Part shown: piece after piece, positions 19,439-28,679 of the stretch
Position numbering within the stretch: position 1 is the first letter of the stretch
How the letters are laid out: the number at the start of each line of letters is the position of its first letter
Origin: a virus
Taxonomy: Duplodnaviria > Caudoviricetes
IMG/VR virus record: IMGVR_UViG_3300008259_002957
DNA: 64,000 nucleotides
Direction: 5' to 3' (one strand)
Notes under the pieces: generated by a model
Databases searched by the model: none
The model's input: only the letters and a program-made list of their open reading frames with translations
What the model was told of the DNA's origin: nothing
Position numbers and translations under genes: made by a program

Positions 19439-21285
19439 TGAAAAGTGTGTATTTGTTTCAAGTAAATTATCAAATGGGTTACGGAAACTTTTCTAGTCAA
19501 AGTTTACCATATAGTATTGCTGCGGTCTGGTCATATGCAGAACAGTTTGATATAGTAAAACAAAACTTTGATGTAAAGGATTGTTTTTTTAAACGTGAAC
19601 CTGTTGATTTGGTTATCACTAAAATACATGATCCAGAAATTTGTCTCTTTAGTAACTATATTTGGAACGAACAATACAATTTTCAATTGGCAAAAAAAAT
19701 AAAAGATAAATGGCCAAACTGTTTAATTGTGTTTGGCGGCCCGCAGGTTGGCGAAAAAGCAGGACACAAACTTTTACAAAAAAAGTTTATAGATAGTATT
19801 ATAATTAACGAAGGCGAAAAGTCTTTGTATTCGTTATTAACTGACTACATTACTACTGGAATAGTTAAAGAAACATATCAATTGCATCAACGTGTTGATG
19901 TTGAAGAAATGCCAAGTCCTTATATAAACAGCAACATTTTAAACAAGTTAGTCCAAGAAAATAAAAATGTAAAATTTTCAACAACCATAGAAACAAATAG
20001 AGGCTGTCCTTTTGCTTGTACATTCTGTGACTGGGGTAGTCTAACTCAAAGTAAAATTAAAAAATTTAATTTAGAAAAAGTATTTGCTGAGTTAGATTGG
20101 GTTGCAAAAAATAAAATAGAATACATTTATATTGCTGATGCTAACTTTGGTGTTTTTTATGAACGTGACAAACTTATTGTAGAATATCTAGCCAAGTTAA
20201 AAACAGAAACAGGCTATCCTCACGGAGTTACTGCTACTTGGTATAAAAACAGTGCTGAAAAAACTATTGAATTAGTTAAAATACTGCACAGTGTAGGACT
20301 TAATAGAGGTCTTACATTAAGTGTTCAAAGTATGAATGACGATACGTTAACAAACATTAAACGTAAAAATATGGAAATATCTCAGTTATCACAGATGTAC
20401 AAAGAATGTGACAAACAAGGTGTGACATATTATACAGAGTTTATTTTGGGTATGCCATACGAAACTAAACAAAGTTGGAGAGAAGGTCTTTGCGAAGCCA
20501 TACAAGCAGGATGTCATTATTTCTTAGATGTGTTTCCCTTAGAAATACTTAAAAACAGTGAGATGGCCACTGAAGTACTTGATCACGAAATGGCAGTGGA
20601 AACATATTACACAGTGTTTAATGGTCAGTTGACTAACATTCCAGAAATTCACAACTACGTAATTGCAACAAAATACATGAACAAATCGGATTACATTGAT
20701 TCTTGGTTGTGGTATTGGTTAATAATGAACTTTCATAATTATAACTGGACGCAAGTATTGGCTAAATTTGCAAACAAACATCTTGGTATTGATTATATTG
20801 ACTTTTATGAAAACTTTTTTAATAATTGTATTTTAAAAGAAGATTTTTTTCTATCACTGTATAATAAACAAAAAACCGATTTAGAAGAATTCTTTTGGAA
20901 TAAAAAAATTACAGACGTTTTTGTTAATGACAATGTTACAGTTAATTACACTCAAATTGAATGGCATAAAAATAGAAACACGGTTCAAACTAAAATTGAA
21001 CAGTGGGCTAAAAAATACTTTTCTACAGTTGACAACAATTTGTTAAACGACCTACTCAATTTTAATAAATCATACACAACAGACATTTCACGAAAACATG
21101 CTATAAGTGGTGAGTTTAATTATAATTTAAACGAGTTTTGTAATTTTAACGACAAGTTAATACAAAATAAAACAACATATAGATTTGATATATCTATACC
21201 TTGGGACACAGATATAGACTTTAAAGAAAAATTGTTCTATAAAAACAGAAGTGGTTTTAGTGTAGCAAAAATAACAAAGTTATGA
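19438..21285 (+). CDS. Cobalamin-binding radical SAM enzyme (class B methyltransferase-like)
   Basis: N-terminal B12 domain (FSNYIWN, IVFGGPQV, NEGE); TNRGCPFACTFCDW; ADANFG. Confidence 0.9.
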   Translation: MKSVYLFQVNYQMGYGNFSSQSLPYSIAAVWSYAEQFDIVKQNFDVKDCFFKREPVDLVITKIHDPEICLFSNYIWNEQYNFQLAKKIKDKWPNCLIVFGGPQVGEKAGHKLLQKKFIDSIIINEGEKSLYSLLTDYITTGIVKETYQLHQRVDVEEMPSPYINSNILNKLVQENKNVKFSTTIETNRGCPFACTFCDWGSLTQSKIKKFNLEKVFAELDWVAKNKIEYIYIADANFGVFYERDKLIVEYLAKLKTETGYPHGVTATWYKNSAEKTIELVKILHSVGLNRGLTLSVQSMNDDTLTNIKRKNMEISQLSQMYKECDKQGVTYYTEFILGMPYETKQSWREGLCEAIQAGCHYFLDVFPLEILKNSEMATEVLDHEMAVETYYTVFNGQLTNIPEIHNYVIATKYMNKSDYIDSWLWYWLIMNFHNYNWTQVLAKFANKHLGIDYIDFYENFFNNCILKEDFFLSLYNKQKTDLEEFFWNKKITDVFVNDNVTVNYTQIEWHKNRNTVQTKIEQWAKKYFSTVDNNLLNDLLNFNKSYTTDISRKHAISGEFNYNLNEFCNFNDKLIQNKTTYRFDISIPWDTDIDFKEKLFYKNRSGFSVAKITKL

Positions 21286-22725
21286 ATACAGCGGAATAAA
21301 TTTTGTTATTCCGTTGACATTTACTTCCAACCAACTGTCTGGGTTTGATGTATTAGCAGGAGATTTAGAAGTTTCTCCTACAACAGTAACATCTTTAATT
21401 ACACTTTTTAAATGCCCATCTGAATTTATAGACAATGCTTCGGTTAATTCGCCTGCATTGTTAGAAACTTTTATTGAAAAATGACCCGGTACCTTTCCTG
21501 ACGAAACAATTGCATTGCTAGAAACAGACGTTTCGATTAAAGCAACTGGTACACACGAAATACTATAATTAGTGCCACTTTGAGCACCAAATATAATACT
21601 TTGTATTCCGTCTCCGGGTTGTACAGGCTCTGGGTTAGAAATAGATCCTCTAGTTTTAATAAGAGCAAGAGTTCCTGGGAGATTACTGTCTTTTGACACA
21701 CAAATAGTCAACGGGCCGTAATCGTCGTTGATGTCTTTGTCTGAAACAAATAATGCAGTACCGCTACTTCCAACATCTTTATCACCTACTTGAAAGTTAT
21801 TAAATCTTTGAATATCCGATACAACGTTTCCGAAAAAATTTCCATAAAACGTATTAGTTTGATAATCGTAACTAATTCCGTTGGTTTCGGATAACAAGTT
21901 TGCTTTAATAATCTGTATATCAGTATCTAAAATAACTTCACCGAGATTGTTATAAACATTTCCTGCAAACGTTCCTACAAACTCGCCGACGATAGAATCA
22001 GTTACTACAATATCTTCAGCATTGATTTTTTTAACAACTAGTTCGTTTAACTCTGCAGAGTTAGTAAAAGAATCGTACATAAGATTCCCATTTGCATTAT
22101 AAACATTGCCTTTGACATTTCCGTAGATGAGGTTATTTACTTCGAGATCATCTAACCGTAAACTGTTGCTATTTGAATCATAAACAGTATCGCCTGCGTG
22201 ATCAACAATATTGCCTAAAAAATTACCAATGAATATTTTGTTTTCCGAATCAAGTACCATGGTTCCGTTTTCGTCAGCAACATTTCCAAAAAATATTCTT
22301 TGATTTTTATCAACAATTATATTTCCAAATTCGTCAACTACGTTTCCAACAACATTACCATGGAATAATTTTTCATTCTTGTCGACAACCAAATTTCCAA
22401 TATCATCAACAATATTTCCAAGAACATTACCGTAGAATATTTGTTGTGAGTTGTCGATGACTATATTTCCTGAGTCGTCAAGAACATTACCGGTAACATT
22501 ACCGTAGAATGTTTTTTCTGAAATATTAAGAACTACATTTCCTAAGTCGTCGATTACATTTCCAACAAAATTTCCGTGGAAAGTTTTGTTTTCGTAGTCA
22601 ACTATGATGTAATCGTCAACATCGACTATGTTGGCTTTGATAATACCTCTAAAGCTATCTACTATAAGAGTACTGTCCATACCTTCAATATTAATTCTAT
22701 ATGACGCACCATCGTAAAGTTCCAT
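21280..22725 (-). CDS. Repeat-rich fibre/virion-like protein
   Basis: G/N/V-rich 24-aa repeats; YRINI.G.DS module shared with 52382 gene; C-terminal WLEVNVNGITKFIPLY; own late box and SD. Confidence 0.6.
   Translation of the reverse strand: MELYDGASYRINIEGMDSTLIVDSFRGIIKANIVDVDDYIIVDYENKTFHGNFVGNVIDDLGNVVLNISEKTFYGNVTGNVLDDSGNIVIDNSQQIFYGNVLGNIVDDIGNLVVDKNEKLFHGNVVGNVVDEFGNIIVDKNQRIFFGNVADENGTMVLDSENKIFIGNFLGNIVDHAGDTVYDSNSNSLRLDDLEVNNLIYGNVKGNVYNANGNLMYDSFTNSAELNELVVKKINAEDIVVTDSIVGEFVGTFAGNVYNNLGEVILDTDIQIIKANLLSETNGISYDYQTNTFYGNFFGNVVSDIQRFNNFQVGDKDVGSSGTALFVSDKDINDDYGPLTICVSKDSNLPGTLALIKTRGSISNPEPVQPGDGIQSIIFGAQSGTNYSISCVPVALIETSVSSNAIVSSGKVPGHFSIKVSNNAGELTEALSINSDGHLKSVIKDVTVVGETSKSPANTSNPDSWLEVNVNGITKFIPLYS
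22162..22581 (-). repeat. Six tandem 20-24 aa (about 72 nt) coding repeats
   Basis: F(H/Y)GN(V/F)xGN(V/I)xDxxGNxxxD units at residues 49-188; DNA aacattacc recurs. Confidence 0.85.
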
Positions 22726-22744
22726 GTTTCTCTCCTAGACACTT

Positions 22745-22751
22745 TATTTAT
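22745..22751 (-). promoter_or_regulatory. Late-type promoter box
   Basis: ATAAATA then AGGAG SD then ATG 22725. Confidence 0.6.
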
Positions 22752-22758
22752 TTGATAT

Positions 22759-22787
22759 TTGACATCAATAGTTTTTTATGTTACTAT
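22759..22787 (+). promoter_or_regulatory. Sigma70-type promoter (leaderless)
   Basis: TTGACA-17 nt-TACTAT with extended -10 TGn; ATG 22795 lies 7 nt downstream, no SD. Confidence 0.8.
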
Positions 22788-22794
22788 ATACAAT

Positions 22795-24438
22795 ATGTTT
22801 GATATATTCTATGTACAGTCTTCTGATAATCTTTCGAATTGGAAAAAACTAAAATCTAGATTTCCTATAGCCAAGCGTGTAACAAGTTTTGCAGATGCTA
22901 AAGAATTAGCATTAACAAAATTTTTTTGGATAGTGTGGGATGACTTAGTTATTTCGGAACAATTTAATTTTGACTACATTCCAGATCAGTGGAGCGAAAA
23001 TTATGTCCATGTATTTAAAAATGCCGAACATCGTGATGGAATAATTCTAGTCTCAAAGAATGTTAGTATTACCAACAACGAAATTAAACATAGATTTTTT
23101 ATCAAGAAAAAAGAAATAGATTTACAAGCGTCTAGTCCTAAAAACTTTGACTATTATGAAGTTGAAACATACAGTGATTACTTAACTGCATTAGAAAAAT
23201 CCACTACAGAACTGTTTTGGGTCAGTTCTCCTAACATACTAGTAGACAACAACTTAATCCACAATTTTTATATATCGCATCACGAACAAATCGATCGCAA
23301 ACAAAATCATGCGTTTGTACATTTAGTTGATGATGTAAAATACTATAATGGGTTATTTTTGTGCAGCAAATATGCCCCACTTACGCAAAAAGAAGTTGAC
23401 TATAGACATGTAGTTAATAGAAAAGAATGGGATATTGTAGGAAGTGGTCCTATAAAGTACGATATTTTTAATGTTAAAAATTATGATGATTATCTAACAG
23501 CATTAAATACTTCGCATACTGAAATGTTTTGGATCGTACCAGACTATGTAAATCCAACAGAAAGATTCAAGTACGATACGTATTTTACACACGATCAAGA
23601 ATTCGAACGCAAGATAAATCATACATTTTTAAACGGAAAATATCATGACGGTATTTTACTGTGCAGTAAATATGCAAAATTTAGCAAACGAGAGTTTGAT
23701 TATAAGTTTATTGCAAATAAAAAAGAAATCAACATTATTATATCAACACCTAAGCCTTATGATATTGTGTTTATCAGTTATCAAGAACCTAGTGCTGATG
23801 AATACTACCGGTATCTAGCGAATAGATTTCCACATGCAAAACGAGTTCACGGTGTAAAAGGAATTCATCAAGCACATATCGAGGCAGCAAAACTATGCGA
23901 TACTGATATGTTTTGGATTGTGGACGGAGATGCTTTGATTGACTCGAATTTTAAATTCGACTATCAAGTTGCAAGATGGGACCGCGACACAGTGCATGTA
24001 TGGAGGTCGGTTAACCCTATCAATGACCTAGTATACGGATACGGTGGTGTAAAACTGTTTCCAACAGAATTGACTTTAAATATGGATACAAGCAAGCCCG
24101 ACATGACAACCAGTATTAGCAGTAAGTTTAAAGCAGTACAGGAAATATCAAATGTTACCGGTTTTAATACAGATTCATTTAATACTTGGAAAAGTGCATT
24201 TAGAGAATGTGTTAAACTAAGTAGTAGAGTTATTGATCGTCAAAAGGACGACGAAACACAGACTAGATTACAGACGTGGTGTACAAAAGGTGCAGATCGT
24301 CCATTTGGCAAATATGCAATTGATGGTGCTAAGTTGGGTGCAGTATTTGGTGCAAGAAATAAAGGCAATCTCGAAATGTTAAAAAATATCAACGATTTTG
24401 ATTGGTTAAAGGAACAGTTTGATGCTAGAAATATATGA
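22795..24438 (+). CDS. Glycosyltransferase-like protein with four tandem GT-A-like domains
   Basis: Four (F/Y)D....(E/K)(L/M/F)FW(I/V) units; last has WIVDGDA (DxD) and YGYGGVKLF. Track start 22759 is the -35 box. Confidence 0.6.
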   Translation: MFDIFYVQSSDNLSNWKKLKSRFPIAKRVTSFADAKELALTKFFWIVWDDLVISEQFNFDYIPDQWSENYVHVFKNAEHRDGIILVSKNVSITNNEIKHRFFIKKKEIDLQASSPKNFDYYEVETYSDYLTALEKSTTELFWVSSPNILVDNNLIHNFYISHHEQIDRKQNHAFVHLVDDVKYYNGLFLCSKYAPLTQKEVDYRHVVNRKEWDIVGSGPIKYDIFNVKNYDDYLTALNTSHTEMFWIVPDYVNPTERFKYDTYFTHDQEFERKINHTFLNGKYHDGILLCSKYAKFSKREFDYKFIANKKEINIIISTPKPYDIVFISYQEPSADEYYRYLANRFPHAKRVHGVKGIHQAHIEAAKLCDTDMFWIVDGDALIDSNFKFDYQVARWDRDTVHVWRSVNPINDLVYGYGGVKLFPTELTLNMDTSKPDMTTSISSKFKAVQEISNVTGFNTDSFNTWKSAFRECVKLSSRVIDRQKDDETQTRLQTWCTKGADRPFGKYAIDGAKLGAVFGARNKGNLEMLKNINDFDWLKEQFDARNI

Positions 24439-25339
24439 ATTACTAGATAGATTTGAATTACTGTATCCATATAATACAAAACTATCTGACTTACGTAGAT
24501 CTTATATCGATCGTGATTTAACCAGTATTTTTAGATTATTGCCTAATACAGTATCTGGTGATATCGACGATTTACGAAAAGCAGTGTTAGAAAAAAATCT
24601 ACACAGTATCTTTAGACTTGTTGATGACGAAGATTTACGTAAATTAGTTATCGAAGACAATGTATGGAAACTATGGCCTATTCTTGAAAGATATGTTGAT
24701 ACACAGTTTGTTGCTGCATTTAAAAACTTTTTTGTTAACAATATAAAAATTGACCCCGATTGTTTTAGTAGAGGACAACTTCAAAGTAAATTATGGTTAG
24801 TTGAACAACTAAAAAAGTGTGACGTAGATTTAGGCACAGTATTTTTATGTGCAGGTTGGTATGGAACACTAGCAGTGATGCTATTTGAAAGCGGTATAAA
24901 AGTTGAAAAAATTCGTAGTTTTGACATAGATACTACAACTGTTGATATAGCAGAAACATTTAACAAGCCGTGGTTCACAGATCAATGGTGTTATAAAGCC
25001 TTAATAAATAATATTCACGATATTGATTACAAAGAGCATACATGGCAATATTGGAGTAACACTAATAATAGAATGAGTTATCCTATAACTGATACGCCAA
25101 ATACTATCATTAATACTAGTTGTGAACATATAGAAAATTATGCAGAATGGTATAATAAAATACCTCTAGGAAAACTAGTTGTGTTACAAGGAAATAATTA
25201 TTTTGAAATCTTAGAACACGTTAATTGTTCAAGTAATCTCCAAGAATTTAGTAATAAATCTCCTATGACAAAAACACTCTACGAAGGCGAATTAGAATTG
25301 CCTAAATATAAAAGGTTTATGAAAATTGGATTTAGATAA
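24419..25339 (+). CDS. Class I SAM-dependent methyltransferase-like
   Basis: FLCAGWYG (motif I), RSFDID, INTSCEH; N-terminal DLRK repeats. Confidence 0.6.
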   Translation: MMLEIYELLDRFELLYPYNTKLSDLRRSYIDRDLTSIFRLLPNTVSGDIDDLRKAVLEKNLHSIFRLVDDEDLRKLVIEDNVWKLWPILERYVDTQFVAAFKNFFVNNIKIDPDCFSRGQLQSKLWLVEQLKKCDVDLGTVFLCAGWYGTLAVMLFESGIKVEKIRSFDIDTTTVDIAETFNKPWFTDQWCYKALINNIHDIDYKEHTWQYWSNTNNRMSYPITDTPNTIINTSCEHIENYAEWYNKIPLGKLVVLQGNNYFEILEHVNCSSNLQEFSNKSPMTKTLYEGELELPKYKRFMKIGFR

Positions 25340-25550
25340 GTTAAGTTTACGAGAACTGCAAACAGAGTGTGCAAGAGCACTAAGTACAATGCAAGCAACA
25401 AATAACAATATAACTCAATTTAATAAAGTAGCACATCACGATAGTCAACGTTGGTATCGAGCAGTTATAACTTGGTATGTCGAACAATATGGCGATTTAC
25501 CTAGTAAAACAGGACCTGGGAAGGACGTAACGTTAATACACGATGTATGA
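25326..25550 (+). CDS. Small hypothetical protein (74 aa)
   Basis: Overlaps both neighbours in operon orientation. Confidence 0.7.
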   Translation: MDLDKLSLRELQTECARALSTMQATNNNITQFNKVAHHDSQRWYRAVITWYVEQYGDLPSKTGPGKDVTLIHDV

Positions 25551-26622
25551 ATATAAAGATATAAGAACAATACACTTAGAAGTCACACAGAATTGTCAAG
25601 CAAGTTGTCCTATGTGCGATCGTAATCAAAACGGTGGCGCATTAAATCCTCACATTAATTTAGATGAACTTACAATTGGTGATGTCAAACGTATATTTAC
25701 ACCCGAGTTTATTGCACAGTTAAATACTATGTATATGTGCGGCAATCTAGGAGATCCTATTGTTGCTCGAGATACTTTAGAAATCTTTACATATTTTAGA
25801 GAACACAATCCTAATATGTGGTTGAGCATGAATACCAATGCTGGTGCAAAAACTCCTGCATGGTGGCATGCACTTGCTAAAACTCTAGGAACAAATGGTG
25901 CAGTTATATTCAGTGTTGACGGATTAAAAGATACAAATCATATATATCGTCAGGGAGTAAACTGGGACAATGTTTATCGTAGTATGAAAGCATTTATCGC
26001 TGCCGGCGGCAGAGCTCGTTGGGACTTCCTTATATTTGAGCACAATCAGCACCAAGTAGATGAGGCAAAAGAACTTTCGCAAACAATGGGGTTTGAAAAG
26101 TTTGTTGCTAAAAAAACTGGAAGATTTATAAGTGCTAACAGCGAAAAGAAAGAAACCCATCAAGCAGTAGATCGCAAAGGCAATCAAACAACAGAACTTA
26201 AAAAGCCTGAAGAAAAATATGTTAACAGTGCTTTGAAAAAGCAAACAATGTTAGAAATAAAATACGGTAGCATGGATAATTACTATGAACAAACTCCTAT
26301 TCGTTGTAAAGTTAAAGACGAAGGTAGTTTGTTTATTACTGCCGAAGGATTAGCCTTGCCTTGCTGTTGGACTGCCGGGCGTATGTACAAGTGGTGGAAC
26401 AAAGATCCTAAACAAGAACAGATATGGAAATTTATAGAGTTTGCAGGTGGCAAGGATGCTATCAATGCTAAAATTCATGGGTTAGAACGTGTATTTAAAA
26501 CAGAGATATTCACTCTTATAGAAGATTCGTGGCAAGAAACTAGTTATGAATCGGGCAGACTTAAAGTATGTGCAATGAAATGTGGAATCGAGTTTGACCC
26601 ATTTGCAGAACAATTTAAATAA
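25543..26622 (+). CDS. Radical SAM enzyme, subfamily C
   Basis: VTQNCQASCPMCDR, CGNLGDP, SVDG; IRC...ALPCCW...CAMKC. Confidence 0.93.
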   Translation: MYEYKDIRTIHLEVTQNCQASCPMCDRNQNGGALNPHINLDELTIGDVKRIFTPEFIAQLNTMYMCGNLGDPIVARDTLEIFTYFREHNPNMWLSMNTNAGAKTPAWWHALAKTLGTNGAVIFSVDGLKDTNHIYRQGVNWDNVYRSMKAFIAAGGRARWDFLIFEHNQHQVDEAKELSQTMGFEKFVAKKTGRFISANSEKKETHQAVDRKGNQTTELKKPEEKYVNSALKKQTMLEIKYGSMDNYYEQTPIRCKVKDEGSLFITAEGLALPCCWTAGRMYKWWNKDPKQEQIWKFIEFAGGKDAINAKIHGLERVFKTEIFTLIEDSWQETSYESGRLKVCAMKCGIEFDPFAEQFK

Positions 26623-26629
26623 GAGATGA

Positions 26630-27652
26630 TTGATGACAAAATATTATGAGTATAATGATATAAATTTTATTGATATCGAAATAACAAATTTTTGTAATGC
26701 ATCTTGCGGAGCATGTGACAGAAATGTCGATGGCGGTGAAGTACGACAAAATCTTAAATTAATTCATATGACTGATGATACATGGAATTCATTGATTTCT
26801 ACTGTCAATTTACATAACATTAAAAAAATAACACTCGACGGTAATGTCGGCGATGCTAGTATGCATCCGAATTTAATTAACATGCTCAACAAACTTGCAG
26901 ACGTTAAGCCGGACATGTTTTTAAAAGTAGCAACAAACGGCGGTGCAAGAAATATACAATTTTGGAAAGAACTTTCTACAGTTTTAAAAAGATTTGATGA
27001 TCATCAAGTAACATTTGCAATCGATGGACTAAAGGATACAAATCATATTTATAGAAGAAATGTAAATTGGGAAAAACTTATAGAAAATGTAACCGCTTTT
27101 AACGAAGATCCTCAGAGTATATCTGCTTGGAGATGCATTATATTTGGTCATAACAAACACCAAATAAATGATATGTTAAACTTAGCGCAAAAATTAGGAT
27201 TTTCATCATTTAGAACAGAACGAAATAGAGTAACACCGATAACTCTTCAATCATACAAAAAGCTCCCTGGCGGAATTATTACATCTCCAACCCGTGATGA
27301 ATTTATAAAAAGATATAAACTATACAAGCAATTTAAAAACATTTATAATAGAACAGAGATTGATGAAATATATGATAAAACATATAATTGTCCTTTTGGA
27401 CAACAAAGATTAGTATCTATGGATGTTGTTGGAAATATATGGCCATGCTGCCACATATATAGTAATTATCTTAATCGATATGCGGCATTTCCATGGGACA
27501 TATGGAACGATAAAAACAATATAAACACTAAAGACTTAAAACAAATTTTACAGTTTATACAACAAACGCTCTACAAAGATTGGAAAAAGAATGAAAATGC
27601 AATTTGCAATACATGCTCAAGTAGAACAAATTCTGCTATTAGATATAATTAA
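26630..27652 (+). CDS. Radical SAM enzyme, subfamily C
   Basis: ITNFCNASCGACDR, ATNGG, AIDG; YNCPF...IWPCC...CNTC. Confidence 0.92.
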   Translation: MMTKYYEYNDINFIDIEITNFCNASCGACDRNVDGGEVRQNLKLIHMTDDTWNSLISTVNLHNIKKITLDGNVGDASMHPNLINMLNKLADVKPDMFLKVATNGGARNIQFWKELSTVLKRFDDHQVTFAIDGLKDTNHIYRRNVNWEKLIENVTAFNEDPQSISAWRCIIFGHNKHQINDMLNLAQKLGFSSFRTERNRVTPITLQSYKKLPGGIITSPTRDEFIKRYKLYKQFKNIYNRTEIDEIYDKTYNCPFGQQRLVSMDVVGNIWPCCHIYSNYLNRYAAFPWDIWNDKNNINTKDLKQILQFIQQTLYKDWKKNENAICNTCSSRTNSAIRYN

Positions 27653-27657
27653 GAATT

Positions 27658-28677
27658 ATGATAAATCTTTACAAGTTTGAAACAATAAAAAAGATTGAAA
27701 TTGACTGTACTTCTTTCTGCAATGCATTTTGCGGTGCTTGTGATAGAAATATAAATGGTGGAAAAACTGTAAATAATTTAAATTTAACAAATTTATCTTT
27801 AGAAACTTGGCATAAATTAATCACCAAAGAAAATTTACAATTTGTTAACGAAATAATTTTTAATGGAAATTTTGGTGATTTTAGTATGCATCCAAAATTT
27901 ATAGAAATGCTAGAACATTTAGTTGATACTAAAAAAGATATCTATGTTAACTTACATACAAATGGAGGTGCAAGAGACAATTCTTTTTGGACTAACTTGG
28001 CAATTGTTTTACAAAAATTTTCCAAACACGATGTTAAGTTTGGCATAGATGGATTAGAAGATACTCATGATCTATATCGTAGGGGAATTGATTGGAAAAA
28101 GCGGATTGAAAATTTAAAAACATTTAATAAACACGGCGGCAATAGTATATGGAAATGTATTGTGTTTGATTATAACATTGATCAATTAGATACTATTAGT
28201 AGTTTTGCAAACAGTATAGGATGCATGGCTTTTCAAACAAACCGTAATAGATCGATTCCGCTTGACATGGACGAATATAAAAGTTTTCCTAAGATGACAC
28301 TAACTTCCCCTACTCTAAACGAATTTAATGAAAATTATAAAAGAAAAGATGTATTTAAGAAACAAGTCAATACACCAACTACTGATGCAGAATTTGTAAT
28401 TACAGAAAAAATACCATGTCCTTATGCATCAGAAGGAATGATACAAGTTGATCCATGGGGAAATCTGTGGCCTTGTTGCTATATAAGTGGCAGACAAGTA
28501 GATAAAAAAACTAATTTTAACTATACTAAATATATTGGAAAAAACAATATATTAACATCGAGTCTTAAAGAGATACTAGATTTCTTCAAAGACGATTTAT
28601 ATAATTCTTGGAGCAAACAGTCGATTGACTTGTGTAATAATTGTTCAGGAATTAAAAAACCAACACCGGTATATTAA
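27658..28677 (+). CDS. Radical SAM enzyme, subfamily C (tandem paralog)
   Basis: CTSFCNAFCGACDR, HTNGG, GIDG; IPCPY...LWPCC...CNNC. Confidence 0.92.
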   Translation: MINLYKFETIKKIEIDCTSFCNAFCGACDRNINGGKTVNNLNLTNLSLETWHKLITKENLQFVNEIIFNGNFGDFSMHPKFIEMLEHLVDTKKDIYVNLHTNGGARDNSFWTNLAIVLQKFSKHDVKFGIDGLEDTHDLYRRGIDWKKRIENLKTFNKHGGNSIWKCIVFDYNIDQLDTISSFANSIGCMAFQTNRNRSIPLDMDEYKSFPKMTLTSPTLNEFNENYKRKDVFKKQVNTPTTDAEFVITEKIPCPYASEGMIQVDPWGNLWPCCYISGRQVDKKTNFNYTKYIGKNNILTSSLKEILDFFKDDLYNSWSKQSIDLCNNCSGIKKPTPVY

Positions 28678-28679
28678 TA

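Noticed and set aside
21900-22600. Recurrent aacattacc units resembling a CRISPR array
   Set aside because: In-frame coding repeats with codon-level variation; no identical direct repeats with unique spacers and no cas genes.
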